Shown here: in pieces, positions 1 through 60,519 of the stretch
How the letters are laid out: each line of letters begins with the position of its first letter
How positions within the stretch are numbered: the stretch's first letter is position 1
NCBI GenBank assembly: GCA_028534125.1
Contig: CM052819.1
Span: forward strand, 106,702,001-106,766,000
Reading direction: 5' to 3'
Source: Lama glama
Taxonomy: Eukaryota
DNA length: 64,000 nt
The notes under the pieces: model-generated
What the model was told of the DNA's origin: nothing
Databases searched by the model: none
The model's input: only the letters and a program-made list of their open reading frames with translations
Position numbers and translations under genes: made by a program

Positions 1-1330
1 GTTTCTTTGATTTATTTCATCAGCATTTTGCAGTTTTCAGCATATGGATCCTTCGTAAGTTTTGCTAAGTGTGGACCTGAGCATTTCATTTTATTTTGAG
101 TGATTCTAAATGATACTCGTTTTAAATTTTGGTTTGTGTGTGCTCACCGTTAGTACATAGAAATGCAGTTAACTTTGTGTGTTTTGCAGCCTGCACCCTT
201 CTGGACACATGTGCTAGTTCTAGGAGTTTTGTTTTGCTTTATAGATTCCTCGAGGTTTTCCTGGTGGAAAATCAGATCATCTGCAGATAGAGATCTGTCT
301 GCTTCTGATTTTCTTCTTGCCGAGTGCAGTGGCTGGAACTCGAGTGGCGTGCTGAGTAAGAGCAGTGGCTGTGGATGGCGGCGGGGGACAGCCGTGCCCG
401 CCCAGTCTTAGGGGCGGCATCCTGCCTGCCACCATCACGTGTGACGTTCCCTGGAGGGTTTTTGTAGATGCTGCCTAGTAAGTCGCAATCATTTGCCTCT
501 ATTCTTAACTTGCTGGTATTTTTTTTTATCATGAATTAAATGTTGAATTTTGTCAAATGCTTTTTAACACATCAGATTGTATAATTGTGTGGTTTTAATG
601 CTTTGGCTTGTGGACATGGTAGATTGTATTGACTGATTTTTCTCACTGTGGAGGCAGCCTTATATATCTGGTAAATCCTGCTTGTCCATGGTGTATAATT
701 CTTTTATGCATTGCTGGATTCATTTGCTAATTAGAAAAAAATTTTGGTCTACTTGTGTTGATGTTCATAGAGAAATTAGTCTATGTTTTTCTTTTTCTCT
801 ACTGTCTGATCTCTGGTTTTGGTATCAGGGCACTAGCAGCCTCACGAAGTGAGCTGGGAAATTTGTTTTCTATAAAAGAGTATCTAAAGCTTATGTTCAT
901 TCCTTTTTTAAATGTTTGGTAAATCCTCCAGGGAAACCATTTGGGCCTGGAGATTTCTTTTTTCTGGAGCTTTTTAGTACAAGTTTCTGTGTGTCTAGTG
1001 GCTATAGTCATACTGAGACTGTCTATTTCATTTGACTGATTTTCGGCAATTTGTTGGTGGTTCTTCAGTTGTCCTCTTTCCTGGCAGCGGTTTTTAAAGA
1101 TTTGCTTTAAGCATGTTCACAAATGCCCACTGCAGCGTTTTGTGACGGCTGCTTCAAAGCCCCTGTCAGAGGCGTCTAATATCTCTGTCATCTCAGTGCT
1201 AGCATTGCTTGATTTTCTTTTCCTTTTTGTGTTGAGATGTTCCTAGTTTTCGGTATGGCAAGTGATTTTTGTTTGTAACCTGGAAATTGTGGTCACTGTG
1301 TTACCATATTCTGAATCTTATAAAAATCCC
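1..1330 (-). mobile_element. Old LINE-1 (L1M-type) ORF2-region fragments
   Basis: T-rich + strand with typical antisense L1 text, e.g. gcattgctggattcatttgctaat, ggttttggtatcaggg, tgttgaattttgtcaaatgctttt. Confidence 0.75.
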
Positions 1331-1672
1331 CTGTCTTAGCAGGTCTCTGCTGACACCCTTGGGGAGGGCGCCTCGGTCACAGCGGCGGGGTGGCTGTCCT
1401 GGCCCTCCCCCGGCCTCCCTGGTACCTTGGACAGAGGGAGGAGTGCCTTGTCACTGCTGAGTGGGAGCCTGCTCTGAGAGAGGCACTAGTGAGTGTGTGT
1501 GTCCTGTGTGTGTGTCCTGCCAGCTTCGCCTGGAGGAGGGCAGAGTTGTCAGAAAGATTCCTGGCTTCCTAGGTTTCCTGGTCCCAGACCTTTGCCGAGA
1601 AAGAGAGGGAGAGAGAGAGGTGACTTTTCTTGAGAAAAGCCCATGTTCTTTGGCATTTTTCCTGTGTTCTTT

Positions 1673-2196
1673 TGTTACTGAGTCCAAACTCATTCTGCTC
1701 GCCACACGACAGGCCAATAAATCGGGAGACGAGGTGCTGGGGCCAGGAACAGTGACTTTATTCAGAAAGCCGGCAGACCAACAGGATGGGGGACTCATGT
1801 CCTGGAGAACCATCCTCCCCAGGTCAGAATTCAGGCTCCTTTTATACTAAAAAGGGGAGGAGGTGTGCTCAGTGGCTGCAAACTTCTTGGTGTAGGAATT
1901 TTTTGTTCTTGAACCCTTTATTCTTGCAGCCGTCCACGAGGGTCAGGGCGTGGTGTCCCCGTGAGTCTCCAACAAAGCCACCTTTCTGTTCTGCAGCTTG
2001 TCTTTAAATGGATGAAAAAGCGTTAATATCCTTAAGGGTCAGGGGCTGGATAGCGGGCTCCTGTGTGTCCCAGGCGCTGGGCAGCACTCTCTTACAGAAG
2101 GTGCAGCCGGCACGACCAAGCCCAGGAAGCAGGGCGCAGGGGTAAAGCCAAGGGGCCAGGTCCAGCACGGAGCCAGATTTGCTCTTTTCTATGACA
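1673..2196 (-). mobile_element. Solo LTR of an endogenous retrovirus (probably ERV1 class)
   Basis: TGT...ACA termini, 524 bp. On the minus strand, TATAAAA (1840-1846) is followed by AATAAA (1757-1762), the expected U3-R-U5 order. Confidence 0.7.
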
Positions 2197-2479
2197 CGTC
2201 GGCATTTTCAGTTGCAGGCTTCTCCAGTGACCAGTTTGGAATAAATAGGAGGGAAACACAAAAACCCACAATGGGGACCTCACTGCTGCGTCAGCCTTCA
2301 CGCCTGAGCCCGTGCAGGCCGCCGGCTGTCCGCCGTCCCAGGTTTTCTTACGTGCGTCTCCTGGTTAACCCGGGTTTTAGCTGTGCTCAGCAGGAGCGCA
2401 GGGAGAGGCACGCCTGCTGCTTCCCGTCCCGACCCAGAAGCCCTGGGCTTCCTGTCAGTTGCTCGAGCCTCCTGTCCTG

Positions 2480-3050
2480 TCCTGACTGTTCTTGGTCAGT
2501 GTCATCAGAGGGTGTGTATTTTGGGGCCCTTTTTGAAGAACCAGATTTTGTACTTGTTTCTCTTCACAGCTGGCTTCTGTCATAACTTCTGAGCTGCTCC
2601 TTATTAACGATACCACCTTCCCGTCTGCTGTGGGTGCTTCCTGTCGTTTTCCTACCTTCTCAAATCGGATTTTCTATTCGCTAATGTTCTGGCCTTCTTT
2701 GCTCCTGCTCTAGGCGTTTAAAAGCTGTGAGTTCTCCCGCGAGCTCCCCCGCAGCTGAGGGCTGCGCGTTTTGCCATGCGGTACCTTTGGTGGTGTTGAG
2801 GTCCAGTGATTTCCTGAGTTCATTATGTTCTTCCCCTCCATTTCTTATTTAGAGGCATTTAAAAAGCGTTATGTCCAGGAGAATTATAAAGTCATCTTTC
2901 GCTGCTGATTTCTAATTTAATTGCCTCGTGGGTGGAAAGCATGGTCTGTTGATTCCATGTCTTCAAAATTTGTGGAAATTTGCATTACGAGCTAGAACAT
3001 TGTCAATTTGGGTTTCGTTCTCTGAGAGCCTTAGGAGAATGTCAGGTGTG
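2480..3050 (-). mobile_element. Degenerate L1 ORF2 fragment
   Basis: Antisense L1 motifs such as gctgatttctaatttaattgc and aaatttgtggaaatttgc. Confidence 0.55.
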
Positions 3051-3234
3051 GGTTTGTGCACACACGCACGCACACACACACGGGTCATCTCCCTCTGCTT
3101 TCACTGTCCTGGTGTGAACTGTGACAGGAGGTGGGATGACCCCGCCAGATGGGCGCTGTTGGTCTGGCCCGGGCCTCGCTCCTCAGATTAACCCATGGCG
3201 GGCTCTGCGGGCGCCGAGGCCCCCCTTGACTGTG

Positions 3235-3420
3235 CACAAACCCTCCCTTCCCCGGATTATCGCAGCATCTCCTGAACTCTCTCCTGGCTTCTCACGTTCA
3301 GCCTGGACTCCGCGCCCCCAGCCAGACTAACTGCTGGCGGTAAAACGTCATGATTTATCCAAACCCCCTCACAGCCCTGCCTTCCGCAGACTTCCTTCTT
3401 AAAGTGGCCTGCAGGCACCC
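3235..3420 (-). mobile_element. Possible LINE-2 3' fragment
   Basis: Minus strand gagagttcaggagatgctgcgataatccggg resembles the L2 3' consensus as I recall it. Confidence 0.35.
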
Positions 3421-3429
3421 CCCACCCCC

Positions 3430-3930
3430 GCCAGCGGAGCGGGGACAGCCCACTGCTGCCACTACCGCTGCCGCGAGTCTCCAGCCTCCGGGTGCAGCCC
3501 GGCCTGCAGGCCCCGGGCCTCGCTGGGAGCCGCTCCGCTCTCGCGCACCTGCGCATGTCCGCCCATCTAAGCGCATGCGGGGCACGTGTGCGGGGCTCAG
3601 AGCGCGCTGGGCTGCTTTGGTCCAGACCAGGACCGGGACCGGGCAGAGGGGATGCTCCTGCCTTGGGCGCCGTCCTTTGAAACGGATTCGTGGTGGCGGC
3701 CTGTTCAGCAGGGCGCCGAGAACCACTGCTCCTGCTGTGACTAAGCGGGTCGTGCTGCCGCGGAGGCCGGAGAGCGAGAGCGGGGAAGGGGATTGTGGGC
3801 CACATGCTGTCTCCTCTGCGGCCTCGCTTCCTAACATGGGAGGAGTTTTGAAAAGAGAACGCAGAGCCTTTCCTCCCGAGACGGCCCCTCACTCCCGTCT
3901 CACCCCGCGGGGCTGTCGGTGACGTTGGGA
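3430..3930. promoter_or_regulatory. CpG-island-like element with NRF1-type, E-box and GC-box motifs; candidate intragenic promoter
   Basis: TGCGCATG 3550-3557, CCGCCC 3559-3564, GCGCATGCG 3571-3579 and CACGTG 3583-3588 within dense CpG; not recognisable as a repeat. Confidence 0.5.
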
Positions 3931-4329
3931 GAAGTGGCTCCTTGCACTGAGTCTGTGTGGCACACCCCCTGCCGGGCTTCTGGGCCCCTGGTGCGTCCTA
4001 CCAAATTTAGTGACACAGGGCTATGTACGTAGTTAACTGATTTCCTTCACGTGTTTCTGAAATGATGTAAATTTCAAATAGAATGTTCTTCGGTTAGCTA
4101 ATTTCTGGTTTCTTGCGTTGTCATCAGAAACTGCAGTCTGCACTATTTCTAGTTTATGTGACTTACCAAGAGAGGTGGTCCTGTCTTCGGGGAGAGCCTC
4201 TGGGGAGAAGGGGCGCGAGGTCTCAGGCTCCTGCTGTTTCCCTCCGCGCAGGGCTCCTGTGTTAATGCTGGCGTTTCAGGTCCTAAGTGTCTCCCTCTTC
4301 TGAGACGGAGCCTCCGGTTGGCCATGGTG

Positions 4330-4720
4330 CCGGGCACTGGGGCCCTAACGCTCCCTCACAGACAGTGTGAGCTGTTGCTCCTGTTTTCACCCCCACCTGC
4401 GCAGCCACCTGGGCCCCAGGCTCTGCTCCTTCTAGCATTGCCTCCCCCCGCCCCTCCCCGGTGGCTCCGCCTGGCAGAGGCTTCAGCTTCTGTGTCTCTG
4501 CTGCTTGCTCGCTGCGTGTTCATCCACGTCCCAGGCCCTCGTCTCGTGTTGACAACGCTTGTTGGTTGTCCTCTCTGCTCAGTGCTTGTGGGTTTGTGCC
4601 GTTTTACGTTGTGTGTCACTTTGGTGCCGTTTCTGTAAGGGTGGAGTAAACGTGCGCTAATTCTGTGATGCTTAATAGAGATTTCTTCCGTTCCTTTTCC
4701 AAACTTTTGAGTATTCACCA
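4330..4720 (-). mobile_element. Very old, GC-drifted L1 3'-end fragment
   Basis: Weak similarity to antisense L1M 3' UTR (gtgttcatccacgtc..., gttggttgtcc). Confidence 0.35.
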
Positions 4721-4723
4721 CCT

Positions 4724-4965
4724 TTGTTTTGTTTTAATTGAAGTATAGTTGATTTACAATGTTGTGTTGGGTTCGAGTGTACAGCAAGCTGATTCAATTG
4801 TATGTGTGCACACAGATATATTCTTTTTCAGACTCTTTTCCATTTAGGTTATTACAAGATGCTGAACACAGTTCCGTGTGCTGCACAGTAGGACCTTGTT
4901 GTTCAGCTGTTTCGTGTATAGCGGTGTGTGTCTTTTGATCCCAACTCCCAATTTATCCCCCACCA
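4724..4965 (-). mobile_element. 5'-truncated cetartiodactyl-type L1 3' end
   Basis: ttttaattgaagtatagttgatttacaatgttgtgtt...taggttattacaagatgctgaacacagttcc...gtaggaccttgttg; short accttt repeat on both flanks. Confidence 0.75.
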
Positions 4966-4969
4966 TTAC

Positions 4970-6610
4970 CTTTTTTTTAATTGAGTATAGTATAAATTTC
5001 ACACTTTAAAAGTGCACATTTTCGTAGTTTTTAGCTACACAGCAAACAAGGTGTGCAACCACCAGCACGATCTAATTACAGAACACTTTCGTCACCCCTG
5101 AAGGACCCACGCCCGTGATCAGTCACTTCCGTTCCCTCTCTCCTTAGCCCTGGGGACACTGGTCCACTTTCTGTCCCGGCAGGTTTGCCTGTTCTGCACA
5201 TTTAGTACCCGTGGGATCACACGTCTGTGACCTTCTGTGTCGGGCTTTTTCCAGGTCCATCCGTGTCGCAGCCGCGTCAGCGCCTCCTCCCTTTGGTGGT
5301 GAGTAACATCCCGATATAAGGGTCCCCCACACGAGGTTCGTCCATTCGTCCTCGGGAGGCGGACGCTGGGTTGTGCCACTTTCTGGCCGCCGTGGGCGGT
5401 GCTGCTGGGAGCTCCCCGTCGAGTGCCGGGGCGGACAGGCGTCTTCAGTTCTCCTGGCCTGGGCCTGCGCGGGGGCTGGGCCACGGGGCAGCCCTGGGTT
5501 AACTTGGGAGCAGCTGCAGGCCGTCAGTGGCTGTCCCTCTTCCCGTCCCCACAGCAGCGTCTGAAGAGTCCAGTTCTCCGTGTCCTTGCTGGCGTTTGTT
5601 GTTGTCTGTTGCTCCTTGCTGTTACTGTCGTAAGTGTTGTCACTCCTGTCGCCATCCTGCGTGGGTGTGACGTTGGGTCTCAGTGTGGTTTTGATTTCAT
5701 TTCTCTTTTTCCCTCTCTTTTTTTTTCTTTTTAACGCACAGTATTTTACCTTTGTTTTGTTTTTCCTTTGAGGGGGAGGTAACCAGGTTTTCTTTTTATT
5801 TATTGCATTTTTTTTAATGGGGGCACTGGGGGTTGACCCAGGACCTCGTGCGCCCTGCACGCGCTCTGCCCGAGCCCCTCCTCCCGCCCCGCACTCCCTG
5901 ACGCCGCTGGCGCTGAGCTGCTCTCCTGTGCGTCGGGCGTTTCTGCGCTTGCCTGAGAGAAGGACGTGCTCGAGTCCTTCGCATGCGTTTTCAGTCGTTC
6001 TTGAGCTGCTGAGTTGCAGAAGTTCTGCGTGCGGTGGTCTGACACTAGTCCCTTCTCAGGTACTTGGTTTGCAGGCACTTTCCTCCGTTACGTGCATTGT
6101 ACGTGGCTTTCTTGTTTGTGTCTTTCGCTGCACAAAAATTCCTCACTTTCATAAGTCCAGTTTGTCTGTGTTTCTGTCGTTGCCTGTGCTTTTTGGACTC
6201 ATTTCCATGAAACCGTTGCCAAGTCCAACGTGATGAAGATTTTTTTCAGTATTTAGTTTTAGCTCTTGGGTGTAGGTCTTTGATCTGTTCAAAGTTAAGT
6301 TTTGTATGTGGTGTAAACTGAGGCTTACGTTCGTTCTCCGGTGTGTGGATATCAGTTTCCCCAGCACCACACGTTGCAATGACTGTTCTTTTCTTGTTGG
6401 CTTGTCTTGGCACCCTTGCCGAAATCTCTCCCGTGGCTTTCTGATGAGCACCCCCTCTCTGGTCCTCTGATGCGCCGTAACACGCTGAGCCTGGTCCTTC
6501 CCAGCTGTGCCTTCCCAGCTGAGACACCGTGTGCCCCCGTGAGGGGGAGGCTTGTACTCAGTGCCGTCCCTCATGGCGTTTCCTTTCGTGTTGTATTTTC
6601 TCATTTATAT
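4970..6610 (-). mobile_element. L1M (MA/MB/MC-like) 3' UTR plus ORF2 C-terminus, GC-drifted, interrupted by a SINE
   Basis: T tail at about 4970; tgtggttttgatttcat; gtggatatcagtttccccagcaccac. ORF 6246..6527(-) contains L1-like PQFTPHTKLNFEQIKDL. Confidence 0.8.
5705..5890 (-). mobile_element. tRNA-derived SINE, camelid (vic-1-like) type, nested in L1
   Basis: T-rich tail, gggggaggtaaccagg, then atgggggcactgggggttgacccaggacctcgtgc (antisense B-box region). Confidence 0.7.
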
Positions 6611-7582
6611 CATTTTGAGCCTCACACACTACATGGGCAAGATATGTCAGTTTGAAATTGACTCAGTCAGGGATGTTATTTATTGCCTAAAGTGGTTACC
6701 TGGCTGACACAGAGGAGGACAGAGACATTTAGCACGGGCTTCTAATTATTTTTGGTGCTACAGCCTCGCGGTTCCAAATGTCAGATGCTTTGTAAAGAAG
6801 CCTGGAAAGACGTCCACAACCATGAGGTGCAGAGGGCGTAAGCATGCACCGAAGAGCAGACTTAAAACGCAGCAAAGAGGGGAATGTTATGGAAATAAAT
6901 TCTTGTCCCTGGGGATTAAATTTCCTGTTTGGGCAATAAATGTGAGTTTAGAAAGTGAAATGTCAGGAAACTTGGACCGAGGTGAAAATGGCGCATTCTG
7001 GGAAGAGATGACGGGGACAGATTGTACGTGAAATGGAAGGGTCTGAATGACACGGTTAGACTAGCTGTGAAGGAGGGAAGCCGGCAGTGTGTTTAAGTTA
7101 ATGTGTGATTTCATAAATGTTATTTGTAAATCAGTGTATGTACATAGATAAACTACCAAATATTGTAAGTAGAAAGTTGACTGTTTCTCTTAGATTCTCA
7201 AAAGTGTTTACAGCTTTAACAAAAAACTTCTCTTGGACTTCTCATCTTTGAAATGGGCGGCGCCTCCGTGTTTGCAGGGCGGCCTCCTCGGGCAGGCGCA
7301 GGGCAGCATCCGGGGAGAAGCTCCGTCTGGCCTCCGGCCCCACCCCCTGCACCCCGCACCCGCGTGTGTAAGGAGCACGGCTGCTCTGCATGCGGGGCGG
7401 CAGTTCTGTCGAAGCCCACCCCCGCCAGGTGAGGTCGCAGCCTGGAAGCTCACGTCCCCCGTGTTTTGTGTCTTAGGTGAGCGGGCTCCTCCAAGCCACC
7501 AGCTCCGGTTGGGATGCTCTGACTTACGACACACCCGAACACATGCCGTCCAGGGACCTGCTCTGACTCGGAGAGCCTGCTT

Positions 7583-55347
<47,765 letters not shown>

Positions 55348-55945
55348 TCCCGCCGGTCCTCCGCCCGCCCGCTCACGACTCTGTACAGACTGCCCCTCCT
55401 TGCAAATATAAAGAGGTTTCTTTACTAAGAAGTATCTCTGCCCTGGAGCTCCACCGGCAGCGCAGGTCCGTCCATCCGTCCGTCTGTGTGCGCTCCGGAC
55501 CCTGACGCTGCCGCCCGGCTCACCCTCGCCGGCCCCTCGCGCATCGGCATGCAGTGTAGTGCTTCTCCGTGCTTCGGGGCACTCCCAGCTGTGACGTCTT
55601 AGAAACCTTGTTCCTTAGTGTCCGTGTAACTGTTTTAAAAGTAGGTTTGGCGCTTTGGCGGCCCTTCTGCCGCGTCCCCTCCTCGGCCACCTGGAGCCAC
55701 AGCTGCTTTGGGTGGCCCTCTCCCTGCCTCCGCCTGTGCCGACCCGGCTCCCTCCCCTGTGGTCTGCGCTGGGCAGGTGTGCCCTGCCTTTGTTCAGAGG
55801 GAAGGAGGAGGGGGTGGGGTCCTGACCCCAGGTGCAGGGTGGAGTGGGGGTGCCGGCAGCCACTTCCCGGGGCGGAGCGCGGACCGGCCGGGGCGCCTCG
55901 GCGGGCGCTGCTCCGAGTTCAATAAATGTGGTTCGCTGCCCTCAC
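55348..55945 (+). other. PCBP3: PCBP3 3' UTR (approximate end), C-rich
   Basis: Runs from the stop codon to just past the first AATAAA; the cleavage site is inferred, not observed. Confidence 0.7.
55921..55926 (+). terminator. PCBP3: Polyadenylation signal AATAAA of PCBP3
   Basis: First canonical hexamer I can see downstream of the stop codon, about 575 nt away. Confidence 0.8.
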
Positions 55946-57559
55946 CGGCTCGGCTCCTCTCTGTGCCCCGCGGCCCGCACGTGCCCGCCCGTGGCCCTGA
56001 GGCCGGCCTGGGCCGCCAGCTGTCTGAGGGGCGGCTCTTCCTCCCTCTGCCACCAGTTAACGTCCGATCTGCACGAGTCTTTCTGGTTTTACTTTTACAA
56101 ACGTACTTGAAGCGACAGGAAGAGGACGCCAGGCCCAGAGTCCGGCCACCTCCGAGGGCGCAGCCCCGCGCCTCCCAGCGGGAGCCTGTGCACGCCCGGC
56201 TCGTCTGTGCTGACCTGGGGGGCCCCACTGCACCCTTCTCGACACGGAAGCCCTTGGGGGACCCAGGTCCCGGGGCCAAGGGGCGCCTCTCTGTGTGGGC
56301 CCCTCTCAAATCAGATCTGGGGTTCAGGGGACTCTCCAGTAGGTAGGTGGGCCTGGGACATGTGGTCGGGCCAGAGCTCCAGCAGTGGGCACTGTCCTCC
56401 CTGCGTCACTGAGAGGATAGCCTGGCCCAGACCCCGTCACGCATCGGTGGCCCGGGGGTGCTGCCCACAATGCTTGTCTCCTGTGTGCCTGGTGTGGACG
56501 CTGCCCCGCTCCCAGACTCCGGCCAGGTGCTCGTCCTGTGTGCTCAAGCTGCCCAGACACTCCCCCGTCGCCCTCCCAGGAGTTTCCTGGTCAAGGTTGG
56601 GTGCCCAGCACAGCAGCGCCCGGCCACACCGCAAGCCCAGCAGTCTAGAGCTGTGGTTCTCTCATGAACCCACTGGACATGTTGGCTGGATGCTGGCCAC
56701 TGCTCAGGGCCAGGGAGGTGGCAGGGACGAGGTGGACACAAGCCTTCCTCTGGGCACCTCCATCAGTGTCAGGGCTGGGCTGGCCAGGAGACGGGATGAG
56801 GAAAGCCCTAGAAATTGAGAGTTGTTCTGGGTAAAGCCAACCACGTGGAGGTTGTGGGGTGCTCAGTATTCAAGGTGGGGCCCCAGAAGCTGCAGGTGGA
56901 GGTGGGCCTGATGTGGGGCCCTGGCTGTGCACGTCCAGGAAAGGAGGCGGGGGCAGCCGGAGCCAGTGTGGACGGCAGCAGGAGTGCCGGGCAGCCCCTG
57001 GGGAGCCCCCTGGAGGTGGCAGTAGTGGAAGGTGGGACTCAGGCCAGGTGCACTGGGTCCTGGAGGCACTTTGAAGAACGAACAGGATTCCCAACAGATC
57101 AGAAATATGCTGTGAAGGAAAGAGGACCCAGGCCACGTGAATGAAGGCTCCTGGTCTGAGGCTGGGTGATTTGTCCTCCGTGAGCGCGGAGGCTGCAGGT
57201 GGGAGGTTGGGGGCTGTGGACGGGAGCTCAGTTTGGGACACGAGGACTTGAGACATGCTGCCCCCGCCCCTGTGGAGACGTGCACTCTGAGGTCAGTGAG
57301 CGGACCGCAGTCCAGGCGGAAGCAGCAGGCCAGGAGGGGCGTCCACGCAGGACCCCCCAGGAGCCGGGGAGAGGGCGCCTCAGGCGGGGCCAGGGAGGGG
57401 TCCAGGCGAGGTGCTCATGTCACCTGTCCAGACGACGCCTGGCACCCCGAGGAGCTGCCTCACACTCCACATCCCCAGATGAGCCGGCTACGAACACTCG
57501 TGCACCAGCCTCTGCTGGAAGGACGCTTCGGCTCTCAAGTAGACACCAGGAGTGGGCTC

Positions 57560-59290
57560 GTGTGACAGGAGTATGTTTAACTTCTTAAGAAGCTGCTACG
57601 CTGTTTTCTAAGGTGGTCTGACCATTTCACGTTCTCTCCACATCGCGGGGAGAGCCCAGTTACCCACATCCTCCGCGGCGTGCAGTGCGCTGTCTTGTCA
57701 GTTTCGGGCCCCCTCGTGGCTGGAGTGCCGTCTCACTGGTTTTAACCCGCGTCTCCCTCATGACCAATGATGTGGAGCGTCTTTCACGTGCTGGTGTGCC
57801 ACCCACACCTTCTTCGCTGGGTGTTTGTTCAGATCTTTTCCCCGTTTCTTAATTCGGTTCTCCTCTGATTGGGTTTCAAGGCCCTCTTCGTGGCCAGGAC
57901 TGAGTCCATCCGACGTGTGATGTCCTTCTTGTGTATTCCCCTCCAGTCTGTGGCTCGTCTTGTCAGTCTCTCGGTGATGTCTTCTGAAGAACAAAAGTTC
58001 TTCCTTTTGATGAAGTCCAAATTATCAGCTTGTTCTCTTATGGACTGTGCTTTTAGTGTCACATCTAAGACATCTTTGACTACCCCGAAGTCATAAAGAT
58101 GTTCTCATATGGTTCCTTCAAGAAGTTTTGTCATTTTGTTTNNNNNNNNNNNNNNNNNNNNNNNNNNNNNNNNNNNNNNNNNNNNNNNNNNNNNNNNNNN
58201 NNNNNNNNNNNNNNNNNNNNNNNNNNNNNNNNNNNNNNNNNNNNNNNNNNNNNNNNNNNNNNNNNNNNNNNNNNNNNNNNNNNNTAATGTGCTTTAAAAC
58301 TAGGAAGTATTTGTTCTCCAACATTGTTCTTCTTTTTCAAAATTGCTTTGACTATTATAGGTCCTTTTTCATTTCTATATGAATTTTAGAATCAGCTGGT
58401 AATTTTCCGCAAAAAAAAAAGTGTGCTAGATTTGATTGAGATGGTGTGGAATCTGTCTTTTAATTTTCTTAATTTGAAGATAGTTGACAGGTTAACAATA
58501 TGGAGTCATTTGATCCATGACCAAGGTGTATCTCTGCATTTATTTCTGTTAAATTTTTCTCAGTAATGTTTCACAGTTTTCAGCATCCAGGTTTACAAGT
58601 CTTCTTTCAGACTTACCCTGAAGTAGTTCATATTTACTGTACAGTTTTAAATGTTTTAACTTTAGTTTGTAAATGTGCACTGCTAGTATATAGAATACAG
58701 TGGATTTTTGTGTGCAAATCTTGTTTGTTACAGTCTGTGCAGTTCACCGCGTTTGTGGATTCGTCTGTTTCTCCTTGCAGGTCTATCCATTTTCGCTTTG
58801 TTTTGAAACTCTATTGTTAGGTGCACAAGCGTTTAGTGTTGTTATGTCTTCCAGCTCAACCTCCTCCTCTGTTATGAAATTACCTTCTTTGTCTCTAGTA
58901 GTATCCTTCCCTCTGATACCTACTTTGTCTGATACAAACATAGCTTCTCTGTATTATTTAGATTAGGGTTAGCACGGCATATTTTTTCCATCCTTCTATT
59001 TTAACCTATTTTGTTTCATATTTAAAATCTATTTCTTATACATCTGTAACTTTAAATCCAGTCTGATAATCTCTGCCTTCCCATTGGGATATTTGGACCA
59101 TTTACATTCAGTGTAATTGTTGATATACTTAGATTTACAACTGTCATACAGCTCATTGTTTTGTATTTGTCCCATACTCTTTGTTCCCTTTTTCTTCATT
59201 TTCTGACTTTCTGAATTCACTTAGTATTTCATTATCCCATTATGCCTTCTTTGTTGGCTTGTTAGCTGTAACTCTTTATTTTGCCTTGTC
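57560..59290 (-). mobile_element. Old L1 fragments (3' region, ORF2, endonuclease), spanning a 143-N gap
   Basis: ORF 57829..58062(-) KAQSIREQADNLDFIKRKNFCSSEDIT matches L1 ORF2; T-rich + strand. Confidence 0.8.
58142..58284. other. Assembly gap (143 N)
   Basis: N run inside L1. Confidence 1.
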
Positions 59291-59619
59291 ACCCAGCGCA
59301 CCCCCCACCCCCCTCTCCTTCCAGCACCTCTTATCCCCCTGTGCCATCACCTGGCAGCCCAGGCCCAGAACTGGTTCCAGTCGCAGCCTGGTGTCTGCTC
59401 TCCAGCTCTGCCCTCAAGCATTCGCTGCAGTCCAGGCTGTCCTTGTACCCCCCCCTCGAGGGAGGGTGGCAGGAAGATGAGATGCTGCAGCACGATGAGA
59501 TCCTGGACTGTTCGCCAGCCCCTGGGGTCTGGAGGGCAGCCTTTGTGTCTGGAAACAGTGAGTCACCCCTGTCAGGACCTAGCTCTCTGACCTGCCTCCT
59601 TCGCAAAGTTTACAAATTA

Positions 59620-60335
59620 TGTTGTTTAGTTTCTATGTTGAATAAGTCACTTTACGCATTTTACCGTGAGACGTACCACCCATGCATGAAAGCGCATGGA
59701 GCCAAACGTGCACTGTGATGAGTGATTGCTGAGCAGGTACCCTCGTGAGCCCCACCCAGGTCCGCTGATCAGAAGTGACCGGCGCCTGGGCACTTACTGG
59801 CTGCCCTCCCTTGGCCTCTAGAGGTAGCCAAGGCCTTTCTTCAGAGGCAACCTGGGCCTGAGTGCAGCTACCAGCCCCCTCGGGGAGAGCTGCTTTGTGG
59901 CCCCATCCCTGCCCAGCTGTAGGGCTTCCACCAGCCCTCATGGCCGTCCTCCTGCAGATTAAGGCTTTGGCTCCAGGAATGAGCTGGGAGGTGGTCTGGG
60001 GTCTCCTTCAGCACTGATGATGTCCCCTCCCCCAGCCCCCGTGGGGCTGCAGCCCCCAGAGGCTTCACTCTCTTGCTAGCCCACACTCAGCATTCAGCAG
60101 TTTGTTAAAACATTTCCAGTCTTATCATCTTACCACCGGTTATGGGCTTCAGGTGAGCAAATCTCGATCCTACAGGCATCTGTCTGTCTGGATTTGGGGC
60201 TAGATGTTTGTCTTGTGGCCTCATTCTCTGATGGTTCCAAGAGAAGCTATTAATTTGCACTTGTACAGTTTTTCTTGTTCTGATGGGAGTGGTGCTCCGG
60301 GCACCCCACGCCTCCAAGCTGAAACCCAGTCTGCT
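59620..60335 (-). mobile_element. Ancient L1M end fragments (3'-end-like at 59620-59800; 5'-end-like at 59950-60335)
   Basis: Recalled consensus-like text such as ctcattctctgatggttccaagagaagctatt...gctgaaacccagtc. Confidence 0.45.
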
Positions 60336-60519
60336 GGCATTCGGCTTCATCTCCTACCTGGCGGCCTTGCTAGGCTGACTTTGGCTGTTGGTCCCAGTGG
60401 CTGTCCTCGCTGACAGTGGCCTCTCCCATCCCACCCTTGCTTCACATTCTCTCCCTTCCAGACTTAGCCAGGACATGCGGCAGCAAAGCTCCAGCAGGTT
60501 AGGAAAGCTTGCTTCCATC

